A stretch of 64,000 nucleotides of DNA from Bacteroidetes bacterium GWF2_35_48 (GTDB lineage: Bacteria; Bacteroidota; Bacteroidia; Bacteroidales; GWF2-35-48). Shown here one piece after another: positions 19,953 through 28,885 of this stretch. Numbering within the stretch: position 1 is the stretch's first letter; every line of letters begins with the position of its first letter. Where the stretch lies: contig MEOG01000093.1 of NCBI GenBank assembly GCA_001769125.1, forward strand, positions 1,726 through 65,725, read 5' to 3'. A program made the position numbers and the translations under genes. The notes beneath the pieces are model-generated. The model was not told the origin of the DNA, ran no database searches, and saw only the letters and a program-made list of their open reading frames with translations.

Positions 19953-20963
19953 TTATTTCAGATACACTCTTTCGCCCGAATTTTTCAGACTTTCCTGAGC
20001 CGCTTCAATCATTCTGACAATTCGCAATGCATGTTTCGGACCTGTTTTTGGGGGCTGATTTTTTTCAATACAATCCAAAAAGTGTTCACATTCTTCCATA
20101 AGTGGTTCTTTGTTATCAACACGCGGAACATGAATATCTCCGGAGCGATACGTAAGCTGAAACTCGCCAAAAGTGTCAGGCTCACGCACTAAGTCAACGC
20201 CCATATCATACACTTTTATTTTTTCAGAAGGATGCGTATCGTCATAGGTAATCATTTGTTTATCTCCGACAATGTAACTGCTTCTTAGCTTTACAGGTGA
20301 AAGCCAGCTCAACTGAACATTTGCCAATATATCGCCTGGGTAATGCATGTTTATAAAAGCAACATCACATACATTTTGATAAACAGACGCTTTCCCTACT
20401 ACCTGAATCCATATTGGTTCTTCTTCGAGCCAGTATTCAAGAATAGAAAAATCATGCGGCGCCAAATCCCATATTACATTAAAATCATGCTTTACTTTTC
20501 CAAGATTAATGCGGGTAAGCTGAATAAAATCAACATTTCCCACGCTTCCCGATTTCAAAAGTTTTTGCACCTGAATTACCGGAGGGCTGTATAAAAAAGT
20601 ATGCCCCACCATGAGAATTCTGTTTCTTTCAGCAGCCAGCTTTGTAAGTTCTATCACTTCTTCTGAAGATGCGCTTAATGGTTTTTCAACCAGAACATGC
20701 TTGTCGTGCAGCAAGGCATCTTTCGCAATCTGAAAATGCGTAATGATATTTGTTGCAATATTTACCGCTGTAACTTCAGGATCTTTTAGTATGTCAAAAT
20801 AATCTTTTGTAATCGTTGAATGAGGGCAATTTATTCTGGCAGCGCTCATTCTGTCTTCTTTAAGGTCGCACACATATTTCAGGCGCGCTCTTCTGTTCTG
20901 ACTCCATACTCTAGAGAGATTAGGTCCCCAGTAGCCGTATCCGATAACTCCTATTTGTTTCAT
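19953..20963 (-). CDS. Gfo/Idh/MocA oxidoreductase
   Basis: IGVIGYGYWGPN, VLVEKP, MVGH and WDLAPHD motifs; start set at MKQIG (20963). Confidence 0.9.
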   Translation of the reverse strand: MKQIGVIGYGYWGPNLSRVWSQNRRARLKYVCDLKEDRMSAARINCPHSTITKDYFDILKDPEVTAVNIATNIITHFQIAKDALLHDKHVLVEKPLSASSEEVIELTKLAAERNRILMVGHTFLYSPPVIQVQKLLKSGSVGNVDFIQLTRINLGKVKHDFNVIWDLAPHDFSILEYWLEEEPIWIQVVGKASVYQNVCDVAFINMHYPGDILANVQLSWLSPVKLRSSYIVGDKQMITYDDTHPSEKIKVYDMGVDLVREPDTFGEFQLTYRSGDIHVPRVDNKEPLMEECEHFLDCIEKNQPPKTGPKHALRIVRMIEAAQESLKNSGERVYLK

Positions 20964-20966
20964 TTT

Positions 20967-21015
20967 TGTTTCATGTTTCATGTTTAATGTTTAATGTTTA
21001 ATGTTTCATGTTTCA
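20967..21015 (+). repeat. Heptamer array (TGTTTMA) x7
   Basis: tgtttca x2, tgtttaa x3, tgtttca x2. Confidence 0.9.
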
Positions 21016-21044
21016 ACCGCTGACTGAGCGGAGTCGAAGTCAGC
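21015..21044. repeat. REP-like hairpin AACCGCTGACT-GAGCGGAGTCGA-AGTCAGC
   Basis: Near-identical copy at 26944-26977; related copy at 50001-50070. Confidence 0.85.
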
Positions 21045-21049
21045 TGAGT

Positions 21050-21132
21050 TGTTGCATGCAACACATTTACAATCCTATTATTCTATGCAGGTTGGCATGT
21101 GGATGCGTTGGCATACAACACATTTACATGCC
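21050..21132. repeat. Two degenerate copies of the GGCATGTGGATACGTTGCATGCAACGTATTTACATGCC hairpin element
   Basis: gttgcatgcaacacatttaca and ggcatgtggatgcgttggcatacaacacatttacatgcc; compare 44426-44459. Confidence 0.7.
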
Positions 21133-21136
21133 CATA

Positions 21137-22186
21137 TTATTCTCCCAGCGGGCTGTTTGAAAATTGATTATGAATGAAAACCCGCTTTCCTGTTACTGCT
21201 GATTCATAAATTGCATTGATAATTTCCAAAGATTTTCTTCCTGCCATTCCATCTACCAGTGCCGATTTACCACTATCCAAAGAATCTATCACATGTCTTA
21301 AATAAGGCTCATGTCCGAAACCGTAAACATTCGGTGGATTCTCCTTATATTTTTCTTTGATTTCAATATCTTCGGGTATGCTTTCAGAAAATTCCCATGT
21401 TTGAATTTTATTCACAGCAAAACCGCCAATTACAATACTCCCTTTTTCTCCGAGGATTGACAAAGAACCTTCAAGGTCTTTAGGTCTTGTTGCAGTAGTG
21501 GCTTCAATAATGCCAAGCGCTCCATTTGTAAATTTTAAAATTGCCACTCCGGTATCTTCTGTTTCAATATTAACAAGAGCTGTGGTAGTCATTGCCATAA
21601 CACTTTCCACATTACCAAAAAACCACTGAAGTAAATCAATATGATGACTTGCCTGATTGGTAAGCACACCGCCATCTAAAGCCCAGGTGCCTCTCCATCC
21701 GTCAAGATTATAATACGACTGATCTCTGCTCCAACGAACGCGAACTGTTCCCAACACAAGTTTACCAAGACGACCTGTGTCGAGTGCTTCTCTTGCTTTT
21801 ACAACAGATGAGTTAAAGCGATTTTGCTTCACAACAAAGAGGCGCACGCCATTATTATCAGCAGCTTCAATCATCATATCCGCATGATGAATTTTCAGTG
21901 CCATTGGTTTTTCAACGACAACATGTTTTCCATGGTTCATTGCATCTATGGCCATTTCCCAATGCAGACCGGAGGGTGTAAGAATACTTATCACATCGGC
22001 ATTTTCTTTAGTCAGCATTTCGCGATAATCCGTATAGAACGGAACATTCAGATTTTTTGAATACTTTTCAGCCTTTTCTTTATCAATATCACAAACTGCG
22101 ATAATTTCAGCATTGTCTAATTTCTTAAGACATTCCACATGCTTCGGAGCAATTCGCCCGCATCCTATCAACGCAAATTTTATCAT
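21137..22186 (-). CDS. Gfo/Idh/MocA oxidoreductase, WlbA/WbpB-like UDP-GlcNAcA 3-dehydrogenase
   Basis: FALIGCGRIA, TPSGLH, VVVEKPMAL, VVKQNRFN, VRVRWSR.Q.YY and DGGVLTNQASHHIDLLQW motifs. Confidence 0.85.
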   Translation of the reverse strand: MIKFALIGCGRIAPKHVECLKKLDNAEIIAVCDIDKEKAEKYSKNLNVPFYTDYREMLTKENADVISILTPSGLHWEMAIDAMNHGKHVVVEKPMALKIHHADMMIEAADNNGVRLFVVKQNRFNSSVVKAREALDTGRLGKLVLGTVRVRWSRDQSYYNLDGWRGTWALDGGVLTNQASHHIDLLQWFFGNVESVMAMTTTALVNIETEDTGVAILKFTNGALGIIEATTATRPKDLEGSLSILGEKGSIVIGGFAVNKIQTWEFSESIPEDIEIKEKYKENPPNVYGFGHEPYLRHVIDSLDSGKSALVDGMAGRKSLEIINAIYESAVTGKRVFIHNQFSNSPLGE

Positions 22187-22207
22187 TTTTAATTTTTTTT
22201 CTTTGAA

Positions 22208-22696
22208 TTACATTTCAATTTTACGAATCACTCTAGCTGGATTTCCGGCAACAATAGTACCTGCGGGAACATCTTTGGTAACAACAGAACCGGCGCCTAC
22301 AATTGCTTTTTCTCCTACAGAAATACCGCATAAAATAGTCGCATTCGATCCTACAGAAGCTCCTTTTCTTATGTAGGTCGGAACACATGCCCAATCGCTT
22401 TCTGTTTGCAAACCACCGCCCTCAACAGTTGCGCGCGGAAGCTTGTCGTTTATAAACATAACACCATGACCGATAAAACAATCGTCCTCTAAATGCACTC
22501 CTTCACAAATAAAAGTATGAGAAGAAATTTTACAATTTTTTCCGATGGATGCGCCTTTCTGTATTTCAACGAATGTTCCTATTTTTGAATTATCGCCAAT
22601 TTCACAGCCGTATAGATTCACAAAATCAAAAATCTTCACATCCTTGCCAAGCTTCACGTTATTGATATTTTTCTTGGGTGTTATTTCTGTATTCAT
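22208..22696 (-). CDS. Hexapeptide-repeat N-acetyltransferase (WbpD-like)
   Basis: NLYGCEIGDNSKIGTFVEIQKG; VMFIND; GASVGSNATILCG; VAGNPAR. Confidence 0.88.
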   Translation of the reverse strand: MNTEITPKKNINNVKLGKDVKIFDFVNLYGCEIGDNSKIGTFVEIQKGASIGKNCKISSHTFICEGVHLEDDCFIGHGVMFINDKLPRATVEGGGLQTESDWACVPTYIRKGASVGSNATILCGISVGEKAIVGAGSVVTKDVPAGTIVAGNPARVIRKIEM

Positions 22697-22702
22697 AGTA
22701 AA

Positions 22703-23821
22703 TTATTTTGAAAAATAAGAGCGGACAACTTCTCCTGTATATGCAATTTCATCTCTTGTTAATTCCGGAAACATAGGAAGCGATACATTTTTCTTTACTA
22801 CCTCTTCAGTTATCGGAAGGAATCCGTTTTTATGCCCGAGATGCAAAAATGCTTTCTGCAAATGCACCGGAACCTTATAATGCAAAGCTGTTCCCACGCC
22901 TTTTTCCGCGAGATACTGCTGGAACTCTTCTCTTTTATCAACAAGAACCACATAGAGGTGAAACACAGAAAAAATATTTTCAGGTACAAAAGGAATTTTC
23001 AGCCTGGGAATATTTTCAAATTCTTCTTTATACCATGCTGCTATTTGCCTTCTGTTACTATTCCACTCGTCAATATATTTTAATTTTATCTGTAGAATCG
23101 CAGCCTGAAAAGCATCAATTCTGGTATTTTTTCCGGGGAAATCGTGGATGTATTTTTCTTTTGAACCATGATCGCGGAACGTACCTGCAAAATCAGAAAA
23201 TGCTAAATTATCTGTAACAAGAGCGCCTGCTTCACCACAAGCCCCGAGGTTCTTACCGGGATAAAAACTGAAAGAAGAAATATCTGCAAATGTTGAAGGC
23301 GATTTCCATTGTCCTTCATGCAATATTTTTGATCCGATTGACTGTGCAGAATCGCCAATCAAAAGAAGATTGTATTTCTGCGCAAGCTTACGCAGTTCGG
23401 GCATGTTTGCAGGTTGTCCATACAAGTGAACAGGGAGCAGCGCTTTTGTTTTCGGTGTTATCTTTTCCTCCACACTTCTGTAGTCCATATTCCAGGTATC
23501 TATATCAATTTCTGCAAAAACAGGTGTAGCTCCTGTGAAATGAATGCCTGCGACCGTAGCAATAAAAGTATTCGCAACGGTTATGACTTCATCACCCGGA
23601 CCAATACCTGCTGCGCGTAATGAAAGCTCAACAGCAGTAGTTCCGTTATCTAAAGCAATTGCGTATTCTGTTTGATTATACGTTGCAAAATCAGCCTCAA
23701 GTTCCTTACCTGTTTTTCCATAAACAAATTCTGTGCGATCGTATAACTCCTCAAGCTTCGAGAATATCTCGCCACGAACTTTTTCGTGTTGATATTTTAA
23801 ATTTAAAAAAGGAATATTCAT
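22703..23821 (-). CDS. DegT/DnrJ/EryC1/StrS aminotransferase (WbpE-like)
   Basis: NGTTA, DEVITVANTFIAT, PVHLYGQ, DSAQ and SFYPGKNLGACGEAG (PLP lysine) motifs. Confidence 0.92.
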   Translation of the reverse strand: MNIPFLNLKYQHEKVRGEIFSKLEELYDRTEFVYGKTGKELEADFATYNQTEYAIALDNGTTAVELSLRAAGIGPGDEVITVANTFIATVAGIHFTGATPVFAEIDIDTWNMDYRSVEEKITPKTKALLPVHLYGQPANMPELRKLAQKYNLLLIGDSAQSIGSKILHEGQWKSPSTFADISSFSFYPGKNLGACGEAGALVTDNLAFSDFAGTFRDHGSKEKYIHDFPGKNTRIDAFQAAILQIKLKYIDEWNSNRRQIAAWYKEEFENIPRLKIPFVPENIFSVFHLYVVLVDKREEFQQYLAEKGVGTALHYKVPVHLQKAFLHLGHKNGFLPITEEVVKKNVSLPMFPELTRDEIAYTGEVVRSYFSK

Positions 23822-23952
23822 TTTATGCTAAAATATAAAACCGTAAATTTATAATATTTTTTTGTTTCGTGAAGCTTGCAAGGATAATTTTAGAAAATTC
23901 AGTCAGAATATAAATAAATGGGTAAAGGATGAAAGTTTGAATTTATAAAAAT

Positions 23953-24098
23953 GTTGCAGGTTGCATGGTTGCATGGTTGTAAATTGTGATTGATGTTTGA
24001 AATTGTAGTGTTGAGCGAAGCGTCGCACTGAGTTTGTCGAAGTGTCGAAGTATGCTACGCACCTACAATGAAAACCAAACCAACCTGCAACCTGCAAC
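23953..24098. repeat. GTTGCA(G/TG) array, nested REP (24008-24055), inverted CTGCAAC array
   Basis: gttgcag gttgcatg gttgcatg ... caac ctgcaac ctgcaac; the central 48 bp is the reverse complement of 30774-30821 with 2 mismatches. Confidence 0.85.
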
Positions 24099-24124
24099 AA
24101 AAAAAAGTACAGTTACCCTCCCTT

Positions 24125-26794
24125 TTACAATCTATAATCCCTCCTTAATGAGATAGAAATTTTTAAGCCAATCATGTGAAAATTTAACTTATTAAAACCG
24201 ATGAAAACGCCTGCGCCAAATAAAAGTCCGATATTGGTCATTGCATAACCGGCTTCCCAGTAAGGCTGAATTTTTTCAGTATAAAGCAATGAGAAATATA
24301 CATTTTCGTGCCATATCCTGTTGCTTAGCCATGGTAAGTATTTTAATGCTAAATAAGACGATCTGTATTTAATAAAAACCTGCGCATAATAGCTATTGGT
24401 GCTGTATTTATAATATTCTAAAAAGTTATATGCTTTGTTAAAATCATCAATAATAAACAAGAGTAAAGGTGTTTTGAAGTGTTTGTAATCAATAAAATTA
24501 AGATTTTTGCGAGATAAAAAATTGCCATAAATTAATTGATAATTAAATCTGTTTCCCGCACCGGTACGTATTGTTTGCTCAATTCCTCCCTCTAAATTAA
24601 TAAATTTAATTTCACTTTTTCCTATGTCCGGAAATCCCATTTTGCATTGAATACTCATTGTGGGGAAACGCGATGATAGCATATATTTTCGATCGTCTCT
24701 TATCTGATAAAAATGTTCTGGAGTATAACTCAGCGCTAAAGATGCTAATGTTGTATTATGCGGCTGCAACTTATTGAGGATAGAAGAATCAACAGGAGGT
24801 GCATTTATCGTGTATTCTCTGTCATCATATTTAATAAAAGCAAAATCAGAAAAATTACGAAGAAAACTTCTTTGATAATATCCGGCATCTGCTCTGAATA
24901 CAAGACCGTTCACAATGTCAATCTGGTGATTAAGTTCAACAAACTGATGCTCATAAAGCTTTATATAATTCAACCTGTAAAACAAGCTTGCTAGTGTATT
25001 TCCGAAAACACCCACACCCGTTTTACCTCCAAAATCAATGCTTTCACTTCCAAAAACGCCTCCGACAAATCCTCTTTTCATAGGAGCGTAGGAAAATCGG
25101 TACTTCATATTTATCATTAATTTTTCACGATCAATTGCATAAGAAAGCAAAGGGTACAACCGAATATCTGTATTGCCGAAATTCTTCCGGAAAAAACAAC
25201 TGGCGCCCAAAACAAAGCCATCCACCGTATTGAATCTGAATTGCTCCATTGATAATAATCCGCTGAAAGCAATTGCTCTTTTTTTCTCTTTATTGTTCCA
25301 GTATTTCCCAAATATCAAAGTAGAAGCAAAAGAAGATTTTCTTTCTAATGAATCTTCTGACTCTTTTTCATTATTCTGATCTATAATCTTTACCTCTTCT
25401 GAAGTTAATGCAACAGGTCTTATTATATTCCACCGGGCTGTATCAATTATCCTGGCTGAAGAATCAACATTAACTTTATGCGAACGTTTTATTTCAAGAT
25501 TTTTAATCCGGCTTGTATCTCTGGCTTGTCTGGCATTTTTTTCCATAAGTTCAGAAAGCTTGTGCATTTCCCTGTTTGAAAGTTCCTCTTTCTGCATCAA
25601 CTCTTCGATTTGCTCTTTTCTTTTTTGTTCTTTTTTAAGTTGCGCAGGCGTTTTATCTTTCTCTGTTTTGGTTTTTGTAGCTTTAATCTCTTCTTTTTGC
25701 GCAGCATTAAAAGCATCTGTGAGATTAGAGGGTGGCGCAATTTTCGTATTTAAAATAATAAATTTATATTTCACAGAAGATACATAATTAAAGATACCTT
25801 CATTGCCTATAAATTTCCCATTGATGTCGAAGTTGTAACTAATCGGCAGCCATATATTTTTCTCAACTTCTCCGAAAGTTTGTTTAACCTGAATAGAACC
25901 AATCACTGTCTGCGCTGTAAGATCGGCACTATGAATGTTCCAGTAATTATCTGAAATATATATATACCCTTCCACTAATTGCTTGCTTTTTCGTTTGGGA
26001 ATAACACGGATTTTATTGACGATTCTATCTCCCTGCTTTGTATATCCGGCATAGCGGTATTTGTAATGCTTCATTGCATAAGGAGCAAGAGGCAGAATAA
26101 TATCTCCTATTTTAGGCTGATACAGGCTTGCATTCACAAACTCCATAACATCATTGTTCTCTGATTCTCCAGATGGGAAATTGGAACGTATCATTTTAAC
26201 ATGCTGCTCGTATTTATCAGGGGCAGTAAATTGAATGTTGTTTAAAGATTCCTGCACGTATAAACTGCCCTCTTTTACCATATTTTTTTCATTGCGGGTA
26301 GCCACTTTCACTGCCCAGGAAATTTTATTCACTTTAAGTGTTCCCTTCATATAGACTTCAGATGAAAATTCCTGAATCTGATTTCTATAATAGGAAGCCA
26401 TGCCTATAGCTTTTCTGATAATCGGATACGCCTTGTCCTCATTGCTTGAACTTACGGTAACAGCAGGGATTTGGTATGGTTTAAGAGAAAGAATAACATC
26501 AAAAGTATTCAGTCCCTTTTTTACTTGTATTTTTTTTTCAATTGTTCCATAACCGAGGCATTGATATGTTGCAGTGTATGTTCCTTCATTCAGCATCAGA
26601 TAATAAATACCGTCTTTATTGGACAATGTACCAAAACGGGTTTCCTTTATATATACTGTAACGAAAGGCAATGGGGCATCGGTTTCATCTTTGGTTGTTC
26701 CTGTTACAGTTTGAGAAAATCCTGATGCAGCAATTTTCATTAAAATAAAAAACAGAATACTTTTTAATATATAGATTTTACTCGGTTTTCCCAT
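24125..26794 (-). CDS. DUF5686 and carboxypeptidase-regulatory-like domain outer-membrane protein
   Basis: TVTGTTKDETDAPLPFVTVYI; YPIIRKAI; YISDNYWNI; FNTVDGF; beta-barrel-like C-terminus. Confidence 0.8.
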   Translation of the reverse strand: MGKPSKIYILKSILFFILMKIAASGFSQTVTGTTKDETDAPLPFVTVYIKETRFGTLSNKDGIYYLMLNEGTYTATYQCLGYGTIEKKIQVKKGLNTFDVILSLKPYQIPAVTVSSSNEDKAYPIIRKAIGMASYYRNQIQEFSSEVYMKGTLKVNKISWAVKVATRNEKNMVKEGSLYVQESLNNIQFTAPDKYEQHVKMIRSNFPSGESENNDVMEFVNASLYQPKIGDIILPLAPYAMKHYKYRYAGYTKQGDRIVNKIRVIPKRKSKQLVEGYIYISDNYWNIHSADLTAQTVIGSIQVKQTFGEVEKNIWLPISYNFDINGKFIGNEGIFNYVSSVKYKFIILNTKIAPPSNLTDAFNAAQKEEIKATKTKTEKDKTPAQLKKEQKRKEQIEELMQKEELSNREMHKLSELMEKNARQARDTSRIKNLEIKRSHKVNVDSSARIIDTARWNIIRPVALTSEEVKIIDQNNEKESEDSLERKSSFASTLIFGKYWNNKEKKRAIAFSGLLSMEQFRFNTVDGFVLGASCFFRKNFGNTDIRLYPLLSYAIDREKLMINMKYRFSYAPMKRGFVGGVFGSESIDFGGKTGVGVFGNTLASLFYRLNYIKLYEHQFVELNHQIDIVNGLVFRADAGYYQRSFLRNFSDFAFIKYDDREYTINAPPVDSSILNKLQPHNTTLASLALSYTPEHFYQIRDDRKYMLSSRFPTMSIQCKMGFPDIGKSEIKFINLEGGIEQTIRTGAGNRFNYQLIYGNFLSRKNLNFIDYKHFKTPLLLFIIDDFNKAYNFLEYYKYSTNSYYAQVFIKYRSSYLALKYLPWLSNRIWHENVYFSLLYTEKIQPYWEAGYAMTNIGLLFGAGVFIGFNKLNFHMIGLKISISLRRDYRL

Positions 26795-26910
26795 TCTTTA
26801 TTTTATGAAAAATATAATAAAAAAGCTATTTTGAAGTGTGCGCAAAAATAAATTTTTTTACCGGATGTTGAAGTTTTTATCTGAATAATTATTTAACATC
26901 AATAAATTAA

Positions 26911-27003
26911 GTTGCAGGTTTAAGGTTGCAGGTTGCAGATTTTAACCGCTGACTGAACGGAGTCGAAGTCAGCGGTTGAGGCCTGCAACCAACAACCTGC
27001 AAC
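26911..27003. repeat. (GTTGCAG) array, perfect 11-bp-arm REP (26944-26977), inverted (CTGCAAC) array
   Basis: Four heptamer units at 26911-26938; AACCGCTGACT/AGTCAGCGGTT; three heptamer units at 26983-27003. Confidence 0.9.
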
Positions 27004-27058
27004 AAATATTTTTTATCCCCATATTTTCTTTGTATCTTGCAATTAAATTAAATTTATT

Positions 27059-27355
27059 ATGGAACAAATCTTATCATCTTGCGGGCTAATTTGTAATGAA
27101 TGCCGTTTTTATCCGAATGAATGTGCCGGATGTTTTATGGTTAAAGGACAAACCTTTTGGGCAAAAGAAATGATGCCAAACAAAACCTGTCCATTATTTC
27201 ATTGTGCGGGGAATGAAAAAAAGTACGCGCATTGTGGAGAATGCAGTGAACTGCCTTGTGCTATTTTCAGAGAAATGAAAGACCCCGAATCTTCAGCAGA
27301 AGAACATGAAAAAATGCTGGGAGTAAGAGCCGAAAGGTTGAGGAATAAGAATTAA
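27059..27355 (+). CDS. DUF3795-family Cys-rich protein
   Basis: CGLICNEC...CAGC...CPLFHC...HCGECSELPC. Confidence 0.85.
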   Translation: MEQILSSCGLICNECRFYPNECAGCFMVKGQTFWAKEMMPNKTCPLFHCAGNEKKYAHCGECSELPCAIFREMKDPESSAEEHEKMLGVRAERLRNKN

Positions 27356-27648
27356 GAACTCATGTTACGCATATCTAAACGAATCACATAGGAACATAGT
27401 TCATCTATGCTTAAAGCGAAGCATCTTATTTTTAGAACGTTCATTTTTATTAAAGTTTAATATCATTGACGCTCCAACTACGCCATCTATGTGGTTAAAA
27501 TAATTTTGCGTAAAGGGAGTAAGTAACTGAACTTTCGCATAAATTAATTCGCTAAAAAATGAAATTAGTAACCATTTTTTAAAGAAAAATAAAAATATTT
27601 TTGCTTTTTCTGTTTTCATGAAAAATTAGGGCTGAAATCAAAATAATA

Positions 27649-27806
27649 ATATTCCGGTGCGCTGCACCTTTGTAAAAAACGCAGCTATCGCTGCTACAAA
27701 TATTATCGCAGCTCTGCTGCTACATTTGAAATGCAGCGGCAGAGCCGCAAAATATTTGTAAAACTAAAAAGAGATAGAATATCCAAGGTGCAGAGCACCG
27801 TAATAT
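27649..27806. mobile_element. About 158-bp long-hairpin REP/MITE-like element
   Basis: Outer IR ATATTCCGGTGCGCTGCACCTT / AAGGTGCAGAGCACCGTAATAT (2 mismatches); inner IR TACAAATATT..GCAGCTCTGCTGC / GCAGCGGCAGAGCCGC..AATATTTGTA. Confidence 0.7.
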
Positions 27807-28023
27807 ATACTGAAACTTGGCAGGTTTGCAAACAAGGCTGCTTAGTTTCAATTATACTGAGCGAATACAAATTTAATTATATTTTTGTAGCCCTTTTTAG
27901 CTATGCTGTCGAAGTATCTCTTGCATGGATTGCTGTTAACAATTGTTTCTATTTAGTGCTTGCAAGAAAACGTCAATTTCTGTGTTATGCTTGTCCTTAA
28001 AATCAGTCATGTACTTTAGTACA

Positions 28024-28044
28024 CCTGTCTGCCGACAAGGCAGG
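28024..28044. repeat. REP-like CCTGTCTGCCGACAAGGCAGG
   Basis: Same family as the hairpin at 42491/42856-42870 and the CCTGCC..GGCAGG units at 50017-50058. Confidence 0.7.
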
Positions 28045-28198
28045 CTCCTAATTTTAAACCCTTCGCAAGCCTTGAACTTGACATTTTCTTATCAAGCACT
28101 GACACTGTCAAGCAAAAAACATAAGTTTTCTTGCTGACACTAATTACAAAAATTATTAGTTCTTTTTCATACGAAAGCTCAGTAAATAAGATAAAAAT

Positions 28199-28885
28199 AT
28201 GAACAAATTTTTCTTAATCTATATTATTATTATTTATTTGCCTTTATGTGTTTTTTCACAAAATTCTGATACAACAAATTCAAAGAATAAAACTCTTGAA
28301 GAAATTTATCGTGAAGCCAGAGCATCAGAGGGTGAAATAATAGTACCTCCGCAAATAAATCCTGATTATTATAAAAAAATTTCTGCTTATTTCAGCGAGA
28401 ATAAAATTGATATACTCATACTTGAATTTAAAAAATACAGAGACCTTGCAAAGAAAAATTCCGGAAGCTTTGTAAGCGGTAATCTGATTCTTGGAGCACC
28501 ATCTGATCCATACTTCTCTCCCTCTGAAAATGCCAAAAGAGCCTCTTTCCTTGGAAGCTCCATTGAAAAATATATTGCTGAAATTAAAGATACCGCGACA
28601 TTCAGTAAAATCATTCTGAAGCTATTGGGGAATAAAATTATTTATTCCGAGATGCAGTATGTTTTTTATACATTTGAGATGATAGATGTTGTGGGTTCCG
28701 GTCGTTTTACTTATCCTGGAAAAGGAATAGAAATAAAAAAAAACCTTGTTTTGTTATTGTTAGAAAAATCAATGGAATTGTATCCGCAGAAAAATTTTAT
28801 ACTATTAAGATCTGATGCAGAAAAATATAAAGGAAAGCATTTTCTTGAATTTTTAAAAATACTCCATAAAACCATCAGAACCTAA
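28199..28885 (+). CDS. Hypothetical exported protein
   Basis: 228 aa with Sec-type signal peptide (MNKFFLIYIIIIYLPLCVFSQ); no family recognised; stop codon overlaps the mutL stop. Confidence 0.65.
   Translation: MNKFFLIYIIIIYLPLCVFSQNSDTTNSKNKTLEEIYREARASEGEIIVPPQINPDYYKKISAYFSENKIDILILEFKKYRDLAKKNSGSFVSGNLILGAPSDPYFSPSENAKRASFLGSSIEKYIAEIKDTATFSKIILKLLGNKIIYSEMQYVFYTFEMIDVVGSGRFTYPGKGIEIKKNLVLLLLEKSMELYPQKNFILLRSDAEKYKGKHFLEFLKILHKTIRT

Noticed and set aside
27401-28137. ORFs 27401-27619, 27731-28000 and 27943-28137
   Set aside because: They run through palindromic repeat elements and have no recognisable motifs.
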